This document shows, in pieces, positions 23,660 to 37,039 of a stretch of DNA of 64,000 nt. This DNA is from Takakia lepidozioides (lineage: Eukaryota; Plantae; Bryophyta), in the NCBI GenBank assembly GCA_030704615.1, contig CM060733.1:64852001-64916000 (forward strand), in the 5' to 3' direction. The notes under the pieces were generated by a model that was given only the letters and a program-made list of their open reading frames with translations, had not been told where the DNA came from and ran no database searches. The position numbers and the translations under genes were made by a program. The first letter of the stretch is position 1. Each line of letters starts with the position of its first letter.

Positions 23660-25670
23660 TTGACATGGAAGCCATTGTGTTTCTGTTTGAGAGAGATTTT
23701 GCTATGTACCGAGTGACCAAGGGACATGAGGGACCGAGCATTGTATCGATCGAGAAGGCATAGAGTAACACCTCCATATGTTGGAGATAGATTGAATGCG
23801 CAGATTGAGGGACATCATGCACATGCAGGTGATCACAGAGCTCCTTCACGCCCTGCTGTTCAGGTTTACCGTGGTGGAATTGCTTACCGTGGTAGAGGAA
23901 ATGTTCGTCAACCATCGTGCGTGGAAGAGAGCAGTGGAAGCCGACTTCAGTCTGAAAGAGGAGCGAGTCGACAGCCATTGGGAGAAAATCAACAACCAAC
24001 GGGATAGCCACTGGGAGAGAATCAACAACCAACAGGAGAAAGTCAACCATCAATGGGAGAGGGAATTAGGATTAGGAGTCAACAAGAAAACGGTCCGAAC
24101 GCGCATGAGCGCCTCCTCCTGAAAAAATTTCGAAGTAAGAATGCAGCGTTCAAGAAGCAGATAGGAAGTCTGACAGACAGCCTTCACTTAGCGTTAAGGA
24201 AGGGGGCCGAGAAACCTGCCTGTGTCAAATGGGATTCTGTCAAGGTATACTTCTAGTTGTTTCACTGTTTTCTCCATGCTTTGTCCTCTGCTGCTTATCC
24301 TTCTTCGTTGGCTTCCGGTATAGTTTGTATCAATTGCAAGAGAAGAGTGAGAAAATGTTTGGCTATCCATTTCCTCCATGCTTTGTCCTCTGCTTTTCTC
24401 CTTCCAGCATTCTCCTAGCTCGCTTCCAGTATAATTCTTATCAATTTCCACAAGCATAATTGTATAGTAATTCTTTCCAGGGGGGGACTGAATAATTGTT
24501 TGATTATCTATTTCCTAGACCATGCTCTGTCCTCTGCTTCTTCTCTTTCCGGAATTCTCCTAGCTAGCTTTTCCTGTATAATATATGACAATTTTCGCAA
24601 CCATAATTGCAAATGAAGATGCCAACGATCACAAGAGAACTCCTCCTAGGAAAGGATAGTTTTGTAAGCACACTCTACCCGGATGAAGGAGCGGTAAAAG
24701 AAGCCATCCTGACTGCATATGGTGTAGATGAGGGGGACACTGCAATGCGACAGTTGATGGACCGAGAATGGGGGCCACAAGATAGAAATGAAGCTGGCTT
24801 GCGACATCGTGCAATGGACACATTCGGATGACCAGGGGGCATTATACGCGCCTGGCCAAAGAGGAGTTGTATCGGATTTTAGGAATACCAAAGCCTCCTC
24901 TGAATGCATCTGTGAGGGAGAAAGAGGTATGGAAAGGAGGGCTTGCATTCTTGGGTGAAGGTAAACCTATTGTAAACCTATTGTTACTGTGCTATTTATC
25001 AGCCACGATCATCTTTTGTGCGATTTGGAAAATCTGCAAACTAATAGATTCTTGTCAAAAGAATTCTCTCTCAGGAGTGGCAGTGGAGGCTGTGGTATTC
25101 AGGTGGCCTTTTCGGAATGTTCTTGTTCTTTCTTAGTGATGGAGAACAATGAAGGAAGATCCAGTCCTTGTTTGACCATCTGTCTTTGAATCACGTGTGA
25201 TGGACTGTCACAGTTGTTTCTTCACCTGCTTGAACATTGGATTTGTTTTTCAGGTAAGTGGCGCATGCAGAGGCTTGAGGATGGTCGTGAAGATCCATAT
25301 GGTTCACCTGCATTTCACGGTGCTATTGCGAAGGTCATGTTCGGAGGCAACTATGACCTAGATAAACCAGTTGAACTTTGGAGCAGCATTCTTTGCACAT
25401 GTGGTAAGGGTCTGCAGTAACTAGCCTCTTAACATTGAAGTTGAATTCTTTGTTTGGTATTGAAATGCATTCTTAACATTGAAATTGAATTGGCAGCTCA
25501 ACCTTGCCATGAAGGACGAGAACCTGACCCATGGAGACGCACGGTTACATCAATGTGCCATGGAGAAGGAGGAAGACCTGCTTTTGGAAGCACTGCCACA
25601 TCTCACCCAATTGATCATCCTTGACCCTTCTCCTCCCTTGGATGAGGGGTCAGCACATTGGCAGGATTGA
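23660..25670 (+). pseudogene. Degenerate multi-exon gene of unknown function, probably a DNA-transposon accessory gene
   Basis: Coding-like segments ending at splice donors (...KWDSVK|gt, ...LAFLGE|gt) and starting at acceptors (cag|GKWRMQRL, cag|LNLAMKDE); frameshifts; no recognisable domain. Confidence 0.4.
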
Positions 25671-26174
25671 TTTTGTAGTTGAAAAATATGAAACTGTATT
25701 GTACAATGAACAATGTACAATTCTTTTGAACAAATCTGTACCATGAGTAATTCTTTGAAATCTTTGCCCACTTCTGAAAGAGTGAGTAGAAGGTGGGTGG
25801 GTTGCTGCAGGCAGTCTTTCGCCGCAACCAACTGTTCCAACTTTTTTATTCCATACATTGCACCTGTTGTGGCATTTAGGGTAGGACATTTATTGCACTG
25901 GATCCTGGTTTCAGGTCTTGACTAGTAGTGAGGCTGTAGAGTGAAACCCCTGCCATGTTGTGCACAAGATATCTCTATTGGGTGGATTATTACAGCTAGT
26001 AACCTTTTTAATTCCCTTCTAGTTGGTGCAGTGAAGTCCTTATTGGCTCATGTTAGTCGTGGATTGTATGACAGTGTCCAGAGATTGCTTGAAGGTTTGT
26101 ATCTAGATCGATAGCACCATATTACATGCACATAGAGAGAAACAAAAATATATGACACTGCTGAATGCTACAAC

Positions 26175-26360
26175 TATCGGGAGAAGCAAAGAAAAAAATT
26201 GACAAGGCTAGTGAGTGTCAATGCGAAGCTGACAGCGCTGAATAAGCTACTGATGGAGGAAAATGAGCGCCTTGCAAAGCATACGTCCCAACTAACCCTG
26301 GAGAACCAGTTCCTTCGCCAGCAGCTGCAGGATCTTGCTGCATTCCCTTCTCCTAGCAAA
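26175..26360 (+). pseudogene. Captured class III HD-ZIP (REV/PHB family) leucine-zipper fragment
   Basis: REKQRKKLTRLVSVNAKLTALNKLLMEENERLAKHTSQLTLENQFLRQQL, the zipper that follows the C3HDZ homeodomain. No homeodomain or START exons are nearby. Not listed in the ORF track. Confidence 0.9.
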
Positions 26361-28328
26361 TGCCTCGTCTAAAATCTGTTGTACACGACTAGGTTCGGAA
26401 GACCTCCTAATGGACACCGAAGCAAGCCGGGCAGCATAAGTAGGAAGGATGTAGTCCATTACTGGACTAGGCATGAAATCCCCCCCGGCAAAAAAAAGCA
26501 CGTTCCTCCTGCCCATGAACTGCGGTGTAGACGTCCCTCCTGCAGTACTTGGCATCCTGCAGTAAGAACAAATCCACTTTAAGAATGTCAATACCAGCAG
26601 AAGCAAAAAAGGGTCTTTCAATGAAATAAGAGAGCAAAGGGAGGTGCATCACGAAATCAGGAGGCAACTTACAATGCGACCACTCACTCGTAAACCGGGG
26701 GCTCCTCGGCCTCGATCCCAACTTGTACCTCCCCCTGCTCCTTGTCGGATTCTTCCTCATCCTCCGAGGATGCCTCTTCCTCTTTCGGCAAACGTTCAGC
26801 CGCTGCAAGTTTGGAGTTGTGGAGGGCAGTATCTGGCTCGAAGGCGAAGACATGCCTGTCGGACAACGTCTCTGCCCACATTGAAGCACCTGAGGGACAA
26901 AGCGGGCGGTTAGTAGCATGCGGATGCAATTGCAATCGAGCCAGGGGACAAAATGTGCACGTGAAGGCTTACCTGTGCCGCATGTGAGGTCAAGAATCTG
27001 CCCTTGGACATCCGAGCACGTCTCCATGAGGGTTTGGATGAAAGCAGGGCTCCGGGTCCGGCTGTACCGCCACGGTTTGCCTGTCTTTGTGTCCTTTGGC
27101 ATACTGGAGTGGGGCACATAGTTTTAGAGGACATCATAGGTAACAGGGTCCACAACGGCATCAACAAGACGACCGTCATTGCGGAATTCAAACGTAGACC
27201 CTCTCTTCACAAAACAATATACCTCAAACACCAATGTCTGCACATCCAACAAAAGAGGGATCAACTCCAGGGTCTAGTTCAGATACACCACAATATGAAG
27301 GGAATGCAATAGATTGATAACTTACACTCTGGCCCTCTGTTTGCAACCCCTGCGTATTGATGCAGAACCATTTTTTGAGGAGGACCCGGGTGACACTTTT
27401 CGGTGTCCACCTTGCCACAACATTGTCTGTGGTCTTCCCTCTTGTGGCAAGGACCACCATACATCCACCGTCATCCAGGAGCATCCCCGCCAGCCCAAAC
27501 CCGGCTCTCCAGTAGTCCTCAGTAAATCTGTTCCAGGTGGGCACACCATCCAGGCCCTCCAGCAGCTCCCCATCTGGAATATCAAGGAGAATCATATCGC
27601 AGGCTCTCTCCACCTCAACCCCCCCCCCCCCCCCCCCCCCCCGAGTGCTCTTGCAATCCGTGCTCACAGCCGTAAAGAATTCCATCATGGATTCGAAACC
27701 AGTGGTGTCTTTAGGCTTTGTACTGGGAGCCCTCTTCTTGGCTTTCCCCTTCTGCTCTTCCACAGACTTGCTGTGTGCCACCTTCTTCGCCCTGGCAGCC
27801 AGAGCGTCAAGGAAGCTCTCATTGACACATTGGATGATGGTTGGGGGTTCTAGCTTTGGCCTCTTCGGAAACGTCACCGCCGAATACCGCCGTGTAGGCC
27901 CGCCCTCAAATGCCAACTTCTTGGCAGAGCCAGTCCCACTCCGAACTGACTTGGGAACCCGGACGACCGGTGACTTGGTACCAGCAGCAGCAGTCGCAGG
28001 ACCTTGCACAAAGTCGTCATCGGAGTCACTCCCTTGGGGCCCCTCCTGCGCCTCCTCTGGTGCCCCGGTGGTTTTCTATTTTTTGGGGGTTACTGTACTC
28101 CCCTGTTTCCGTGTCCTTTTCTTTTGTCCTTTATTCTTCTCATTCAATTTCTCTTGAATACCTACCTGAGCAAGCTCTGCCGCTTTCCTGGACTGGGCAA
28201 GCGCTCTCGCCTCCTTTGGACCCAGCGGAGGCAGCGGAGCCCGGTTTCGTTGAGCCTCAGCATCCAGCTTCAATTGAAACTCGGATGGGTCGAGCGAGCC
28301 GGGCGGAAGGTCCACATACCAAGGGCAG
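26361..28328 (-). pseudogene. Third, partial and inverted copy of the ParB-MTase gene (MTase-like half only)
   Basis: Reverse complement of ~59545-61500; contains CDMILLDIPDG and ILDLTCGT|GAS motifs with introns retained. Confidence 0.9.
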
Positions 28329-28498
28329 TCGCTGTCTATAGTAGGATAGCGGAGCTACAGGAGGATGTAGAAGGCCTGCAGACTCAGGTGGATGACCTGA
28401 GTTCAAATATTGACAAGAGAGTCTTTGTACCTGAGGAGCAGCTGATGGCTACTTATTTACATGCCAGAACTCTAATTTTTTAGTCTTCTTCGCAAGGG

Positions 28499-29621
28499 GT
28501 GCAGGAGATGCCAGTGGTAGAGGGGCCAGTGGTACCAATACCACAGCAAGTGACTGTGCAGGTAGCTGACCCTGTTGTTACTACAGCCACACCACAACCT
28601 GAGGTATGGGGGGATGCTGCTTTTAACCCACCTAAGACTCCTGCTGCACGGGAGTACAGTCGGGCTATGATTATGCCCTTCAACCAAATTCCCATTGTGT
28701 TGGATTTGGCTTGGAAGGAATTTAGTCCTCCACAGTCGTTGGCACATTACTACCAGATCATGCGCATTTGGCTGCCAGTAGCAACTAGGACTAAGGTTCT
28801 TCCGAACAATCGACCCATTGAGGATCATCACTTTGCGAGGTACTGGTCTAAAGCAGGTACCATGTTGAAGGAATTAATTGCCTTCCAAGTTGTACATGGG
28901 TACATTTATACCAAAACCAAGGAGGTATCAAGTATTGTCATGGGCTGTGGATTATACTATGCTGCTTGTTTTCTGGCACGTTATCACATTGAGCAGCAGA
29001 GGATGCAATCGCGATTTATGAGTTATTCCAGTGGGGATCATTGGGTCTTACCTTCAGTGCCACCTCATATGTACCTATATGATGCAAAAGTTATGATACA
29101 GAAGGATTCCCAACTTCGTTCATGGTTTTATTCAGCTTGGAACAATTCGACAACAGAAAAATTTGGCCCTGAGGATATTTTCTTTAAGGGACATGAGGCA
29201 TGGAAATACTTACACTGTTCCAAAGTCATAGGCACACCTCTCAGATCGTTCTCCTCCTACTCCGTGCTCTCCCTCTTTCTACTCAGAGATGCGCTCTCCG
29301 CTTCATTTCTCCAACATCTGGGTATGCGATTGGGGGATGGCCTCCACGATGGATGACCCAAAAACCACGTTGTACATTTTCGAGAGCAGAGACAAGATGA
29401 TAAAGACTCTCGCACATAGATGGTGGATTGCACCTGAAATTGCAATTGTTCATAATGTAGCCAACAACCAGTCAGATGACCTACCTCGTAGGCCCCCTCT
29501 AACTGTGCCATCAGAGACCTTTGCAATTGGGAAGATAGCCCAGGCAATAAATGGGGGTAACACGTTCGATGCAAGCTGTTCAACGATATGTCTACTGGAA
29601 CCTGTTTTACTTCCGCTCTGA
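28499..29621 (+). other. Orphan ORF (285 aa plus frameshifted continuation), probably a retroelement extra ORF
   Basis: Long intronless frame with protein-like composition (rich in W/Y); no recognisable domain. Confidence 0.35.
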
Positions 29622-32600
29622 AAAACTTGTGTGTAGACACAATAGAGTTGCGGTACAAACTATAATGCTCCTAAACAAGATACTTCTGGGAGTCCTAATT
29701 CTTGGCTCCCGAAACAACAGAAAAGATTGGATAGCCGAGGATCCTCTATCCATGAAATAGACGCACCATTTCTAACTACAATCTAACTTGGTTCAGGACT
29801 CACAGGGACCTCTCATGGATTTCGCAGAGCTCATGATAAAATTCTTGACCTAAGAAACGATTGGATCCATTCTGAACCTCAGAGGACCATACTCTGGAAC
29901 AACGTATCATTCTATCTGGTCACAGGCCCTTCTGGGTTTTCCTGTGCCTGATGCCCTTCACTCATGTGAGGGGAGCAACAACCACTGCAAAACCCCCACT
30001 TGCAATCATGGACACCTGAAGCTCCTTCCTCTGTCAAGGTTTCCCCATAGAGCAAAAAACCACACCACTGGAATGACAACAAACCGACGTATCGACACAT
30101 TTGCACATCAGATGATGCTCGTCGATCAATCCAGGTGATTGTTTGCAAACTATGTTGCACATTACACGAAGATGTGCTTCAGCCGTGGACATGTAAGTAC
30201 CTTTGCTCACGAGGAAAAAATCAAAGCATTCCTAATTTCCTCCAGGGAAGTTGTTGTAATGTTGTGAAAGAACTGTTCTGAATGGTCTTTGTCGTGTTTT
30301 TTTTTCCAATCTTATTGGCACATGAACAGTACAACAGGTTCAATGTTCCGGCCCAAGGCATATAATGTTTGTTGCTCTTCAGGCTGACTTGTTTTTTTTT
30401 TCTCTCTCGTCCATTACACCGGCAAAGGAAGGAGATGAAGGAGTAGTCAGAAGGTGTACCCACATGTGGGCTGCCGGAGAAATCACTGCAAAAACCCTTA
30501 TTGCTTGCCAAAAACACCTTCGGAGGCTGCAGTATGTGACATGGAGGTAGCAAGTTTGTGAACTGGAGCGTACATGCTGCCACGTCTTCATGCACGCCAG
30601 CGCCCTCTTACATGGTGAATCCTCTGGCTAATTGCTGAACTCTATAATTGTGAACGCCCTTAGGAGTCTTTGTGTTTGTGGGCAATTTGGCAATCTTCAT
30701 GTGGCGAAAAGCATGCTCTTCTGCAGGAGCTGCACCAGCCTGGACATTACGCTGGACTCTAGCCCACATATGGTCATGCCCATGCACATGTGCACGTTGT
30801 ACGCACAATGCATTGTCGTGCAAGTGATAAACAAACTTTCATGAATGCTGCCAAGCATGAAGAGACTTTGTCCAGAATGCCGAAATGCCAGTTTGTCAAC
30901 ATCGCATACATTACTGCACAATGCACGCAAGCCCATGCAGGCCAGGGTAGTGGCTTCATGTATGGCATCATCCATGACAGTGTGTTCGTCACTTGCACGA
31001 CAAGGGTTGCGTTTCCAAGTATTACAAAGAAGAGGAAGAAGAACCATACTCTATTTTATGCAAGTAGCCCCCCCCCCCTTTCCTTTTCCAGAGCTACAAT
31101 GTGATGCAAATAAACAGCCAACAGGTGTTTTCTCCGACTATCCACAAACCCTCAAAACAATATCCATTGACAACATAATGTGGAATGAGATGACATTTTA
31201 CATAGCAATATATATACATGAACTCTCTCTGCAGGCAGGAGACAATGGTGCAATTTACACCGAGGTCTGACTAAATTTACTGTGCCGCCGACTGCAGAAA
31301 ACAGAGAGGAAAACATCCATGTAGAAGGAGGATTGCTGGAATCTTTATGTTTTCCAAACCCATTATGTTGCATCAATCCGTACCTGCAATGGCGGTGGAA
31401 GCCTCCGACGCATTGTCGTGAAGCCCTGGACTGTGTCGCCATTACAAAGCTCTATGCCATCACCCATCACGGAGAAAAGAAACGGGCCGCTATTTCAGCA
31501 AATATAAAACATACTTGCATGCGCGTGTAGTTGATGTCGACTGAGAGAGGGAGAGAGAGCAGCCACACAAATTGCAGGTCCATGACAAGAAATTGTGTGC
31601 ACAAAAAAGAAGATAGTTATAGATTGCAGTGTGCACTTTGGGAAATTTCCAGCACGCCCATTGTCACAGCAATTTCTGCTTCACCCCTGATGTCCCAAAC
31701 ATGTCTTGTAAAACTAAGGGCAGGAGAGAAGAACGCAGGCTGGCGAGGCAGTTTTGGACCTAACCCATCCAACCATTTTCAAATAGAGTAGGACCGGCAA
31801 CGCACGAACACCACCGAAAAACCTGAAATGGACGGTTTCACTCCGAATGTCGCGTTCCCAGACCAAAAACGGCAGCAAATGGAAAATGAAAGCATGAATG
31901 ATGTAAATATATTGTGCGCCCACAGTTTCATGCCTCCGTGATGTGGACGCGTACTGCCACTAATAGAATTCTGAAGACCCCTCCATGTACTAGACATTCC
32001 ACTTCCCAGCACATTATTTCATGCCTAAGATGCACCCATCACCCATACTTTCATTCAATGTCACACTGCAAACTTAATTGCGCCGGCATGTCCATATCAC
32101 GTATGTCAATAACGGTGGCGACCTGTCGACGTGGGTGCATCCGACACATGACACCAGAATGACATGTCATTTAATACACATGAGGTAGGCGGGACATGAT
32201 GGTCTCGGGGGGGAAGATGTGTTGTCACTCTCGGGGAAGAGATTACGGTTGTTTCCCGGGCAGATCAGCAAGAGCTCTCATTCTCGGAGGCAGCGGAATG
32301 GACAGTATATGAGCAGCAGTGCACGCCAAGCATCCCATACGCAAGCTTTTGTCTTGCTGCAGCCTTGCACCCGTCTGTTCTTCGTTTCCTTCTGCTGCAT
32401 GTTTTTGCTCTTGCTTCTGCTCCAGAGTAATTGGTTTTCCTTCTCCTCTTCTCTCCGTTGTGGCAGAGGCTTTTGCTATCTCTTGTGCTCTACAGTATTT
32501 GCTTTTCCTTTGCCCATTTCTGTCGTTCTGCAGCTGGCTTTTTCTCTTTGAACTGCTATACAGTGCTTCCTTTTCCTTGTGCTCATAAGTCATTTCATTT

Positions 32601-34799
32601 CATATAGCGTTACTTGATTACTTCCGCCATCCCCATCTGAAATAGACTCTCAGGCCCTTGTGAGCTCAATCATCGAGAAAGGCCTTATTGCTTGTTACGC
32701 GTTGCCTTGCGACAACGTGAGAGTTAATGTCCTGCGCCATATCCAGAGCTATGAAGGGCAGGACAAAGTTTGGACATACAGAGGGGACAAGGGCATTCGA
32801 ACCATGGTCGTTGAGCTTGGGGAGTTGGAGCACGTCTACACGATGGATGAGGAGGAGTAGATCGGCGTCATCCTCCTCCATGTGCTGTTGGGGGAGGTGG
32901 ACAAGCTTGTCTTCCGCACATAAAATCCATGGGGCAGAGGTGTGAGGGCAATATATCGAGTATGGGGAGCACATCCATGGATGCTCCGTGGGTGCATGAC
33001 ATAATTCGAAGAATTCCCCCTTCAAATAGGCATATCGTGCAAGTAGATTTGTCAGCAGTATGTGGTGCAGAGTAGGCGTGGACATTGTTGTTCGTAGACA
33101 CTGGAGTTGCTCATTTTTGAATTGTCTTTCTACTTGTTCTTTCATAGTAGTGTGAGACCATGTGGTCAAGCAAGAATCCATGGCAGTCAGTATAAAGAGC
33201 ATTTGGAAATTACATGATGAATGTTTGAGCCACGTTTGAGCGACGGTAGCACCCTCTTTTATGTTGAAGGCATGAAATATGTAGACCAACATAATACGAG
33301 CATAGACAGCACATCATCACATTTTCGGACTACGATTCCACTCGCTTGTGTCCATTCTCGAATATGAATTCAAATGGATGTGAAGTAGCGGAACTGCATG
33401 TGTTTTGTTTTGTATGGGTATTGCACTGTTCTGCAACGCAATATGAAGTTTATCATTACATGAGCATTAACACATCATCGTCATTTCGAAAATAACACGG
33501 ATTGCACTCGCATGTATTGTATGTTGAAAATGGAATTGAAATGGAGCTTTACCAGCACATAACCATTCACTGTGGTTTTGCGGTTCTGAATGTGGTATTA
33601 CGTATGGGTGTTGTTCTGTTTTGGAACGCAATTTGAACATAAACATTTGCTGATCATGGAAGAATTACCTTGAGGGTGAAAGCATGCTAATGTGTACCAC
33701 TGACACTTCTGAAAAAGACTGAATTTTGACTGTTGGCGCATTACACCGCGACACGTGGACATGACATGTTGCGATGTAAACGTGATGAAATTGACAGATG
33801 ATAGTGTGCACCTCAACCCCACCCATCGGATGCTCGTACATCCTCTTGTACACCTCCAATTTTGCTCGTACACCACTAATTTTGAGTTTACGATACTAAC
33901 TCGACTTCCATTTGCCACCATTTGTTTTCCCCTCATCGCATCCAAGCGGGTTTGGTGTGTTTGATGCCTACTTCAGTGTTGCAAATGGTCGTATAATTTT
34001 TAGGAGTTTATTTGATATATTTTTAATTTTAAAACAATTTGCAATGAATGATACACTATTTGTAAGAACTCATTTTGGCCTCAAATTCAAAATTGGAGGA
34101 CCTTGTAGCCATTTCATGGACATGGCCTTCTTCCTTTTCAGTAGCTTAACATTTTTGGTGAAAGAACTATATTCAAATTTTGAGGTTTAGTAGTACCAAA
34201 GTTTGGTGCCCCTAAGTTATGCATACCGCGTAGTAGAAAATTCCTATGATGATGGGTTTTTTTCTGGTTTTGCAGGTCTACTACCCTTTTTGCATTCTTC
34301 CATATCTTACATAAGCATATGAAAATCCCTGATAGGACCTTCACATGTTATGGGTGTGAAATTGAGTCCTAAAGGACTACAACATTTTGGGACATTTGAA
34401 CCTTGTGCTATTCAAGACTCCTTTAGGACCCCTTAAACTTGTCAAATTAAAAAAATATATATATGGGCATGACAAGAACTTCAAGGGCTTTCCAATGATA
34501 TAATGTGTCTGTGATTTCATACTGAACTCAATATCCTAAATTTGGATTGATTGCGCCATATGTGTTGGAAAACAGTTCAGGATTACCTTGTCGTTTCTGG
34601 TACCGAATTGGCAGCCTAATCCGCTGTTGATGCAGCTTCCTACGGTCATCTTGACGCCAGAGTTCCACTCCATGGTCGTCGCAGACACTGTCTAATTTCC
34701 TACGTGCTTTACCAACGATTTCCAGACAACTAACAAATTAACCTGTTTTGGCAATACAATGCCGAAACCGCTTGTCTTATGATCAAAAACGATCTGAAA

Positions 34800-35030
34800 A
34801 GAAAAGTGTACCAATATATGCATCTACACCGCCGTGTTGTCTGGCTGATCTCAGAGTTTGTTGGTGATATTCTCACTCACTACTGGTACATGACTCAGCT
34901 GAAAGAATATGGGTTTGTGCGCAACAAAAGACAAAAGGGATTCGTATGCAGTTCCATTTTGGCGGCCCGTGAAATTCCAGATGCCCACGTGGAATTGCCC
35001 AAAGAACTGGGTGGTGCTGCTCTTGTGAGC
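34800..35030 (+). pseudogene. Short MULE/SWIM-type transposase fragment
   Basis: HRRVVWLISEFVGDILTHYWY...AREIPDAHV resembles the RRxDWL segment that follows the catalytic Glu of SWIM-type MULE transposases. Confidence 0.45.
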
Positions 35031-37039
35031 CGATTATTTGAATTTCTACTTCTTGGATGGATGAAAAATCCTGAAATTCGCCTTGAGGAGCTGGATGGAT
35101 GAAATGACAACTTGCACCAACTGGTCATCCAATTGGATGGATGAAAAACCAGCTTTCATTTGCCTTTAAGACTTTTCATCCATGTTCAATATTATATTAT
35201 AGATCCTCCAAGGAAACAATAGTTTAATGAACATTTTTCATTAGTTTATTAGGCTCAAAAACAGTATAGAAGATGAGCAAGGCTTCTCTTGTTCTTCATC
35301 TAGCTCATTTGCTTGGTTTCCTCTTGCTTGTTGTAGTGCTTGCTAGTTCTTGGCTTGAGGAGGGGCTAGATCCTAGGGAGTGGAGCTTGAAGCTCCCTAG
35401 TTAGGTAGGATTCTTGAGAGCTAAGGCAAGAGGCCTAGCTTGTGGGCCTTTGAGCCATTTCCATTTGTGAAGGAAGAGGGCAATTTCATGTGGAGGAAAG
35501 TGACTTGTGGACGAGTAAGAGGGGCTGGTATGGACTTATGGATGAGAGCCCAAGTGAAGGCCGCATAGAGTATCATTACTTGAGTTGATAGAGCATCCCA
35601 AGCACTCATGCATTGAAAGGTTGATCCCATCTTACCATTTCACCATTTATGTATGTGATTCATTTATTTTCCAAGCTAAGCTTGAAGTTGAAAATCTGAT
35701 TTAGGCCCTCAAAAGAGGAGCATGCATTGTGGAATCCCACTATTTCATGTCTATGATTGACAAGGGGAAGAACCCCATAGCCTATTGGAAAGAGTACCAA
35801 TAGAGGCTTGTATTTGATTTGTTTGAAGAATGAATCTTTGTGTTTTTTGTTACTAATTTGGAATATAGCCAGCTCTGGAAACGGAAGGCCAGCAGGCTGG
35901 ATCTATGATATAACGCCACTATAAGGCCATTATGTACTAATCCCCCCGCCACGCAAGCCATGGAGGCCTAAGGGAGGGTGGTTTGTTATTTTTTTGTCTT
36001 GGGGTTTGGGCGGGCTCAATTTGCTTGACAGCAGCTGCCCCAAAGTCGCGCGCAGCACGGGAGGAGCCCGCGTGCTGCGCCTAGAAGATAGGCACTCGAT
36101 TACTTAAAGCGTAGAGGCAGCCGTGGCCTAGCCATGATGTACGGGAAGCGGGGCCCACCTTAAGTCGTACTGAGATCAAGTACATCAGCCGCATGGCTCA
36201 GGCGTAAGGCCCTGAAGCGTGTGAGCAGGGTGTGGGTCTTTACCCGCGGGATAACCAAAAGCTGAGACGGACCGGCGGACGCCGGCTTTAACCACAGCGG
36301 TCCACGGTTCGGACCGCTACGCGTGGATCTGCGCCTCGCCACGTGGCAGGGCATTCTACCCAGCGGGCAATGCGTCTGCAAATTCCCTTAAAGGGGGGTA
36401 TTCTTACCTCAAGCTATTAGATTCAATTTAGACCTCTCTAAGGGTTAGGAGCCTTTATCTAAGGCGCCAGAGGTAGATAAAATCTAGGATTTTGGGAGGA
36501 CGTAGCCTTGGAGGGGAGCGTTCTTAAGACTCCAAAGAGAGAGCCGAGCGGATCTGTGAGCTGTGAGCTAGAGGCGGAGACCTTGAGAGACAAGGGAGGA
36601 GAGAAAGTACTATGTCCTAAAAACTCGACTACAGTGAGCCATTGTGTCAGAGCCCAAGGTAGGGGAGACCTTTTTCACGGAGGGAAAGCGCATCAGCGCC
36701 TTAAAATAGTATAAATGGGTGAAATCTGGCCTGGACCCACCAGTGTTTATTTTATTATTTACGCATGCATGTTCTAGACTAACGAATGTAGTGGCAGGGA
36801 TGAATTCGCAACGAGATTCATTCATCCGATAGGGTCGCGGCAGTTCCCCGCGGCAAGGAACGGTTCCCAGGTGTTCCTCGGCCCTCACTGGGTTCCCAAG
36901 GGGTTCCCGAGGGTATTTCTAAGCGCCAAGGGCATCTTTGGATTCCCCACATGATTTCCCATAGGGGAGGTATTTTTCTGGATTTTTATTTTTTATTTTT
37001 TTATTTTTTCCAGCATTTCTGATGTGCGAAATTGTTTAA

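Noticed and set aside
29640-34560. Scattered short ORFs and AT-rich repeat-like DNA
   Set aside because: No recognisable domain, termini or consistent splice model; left unannotated.
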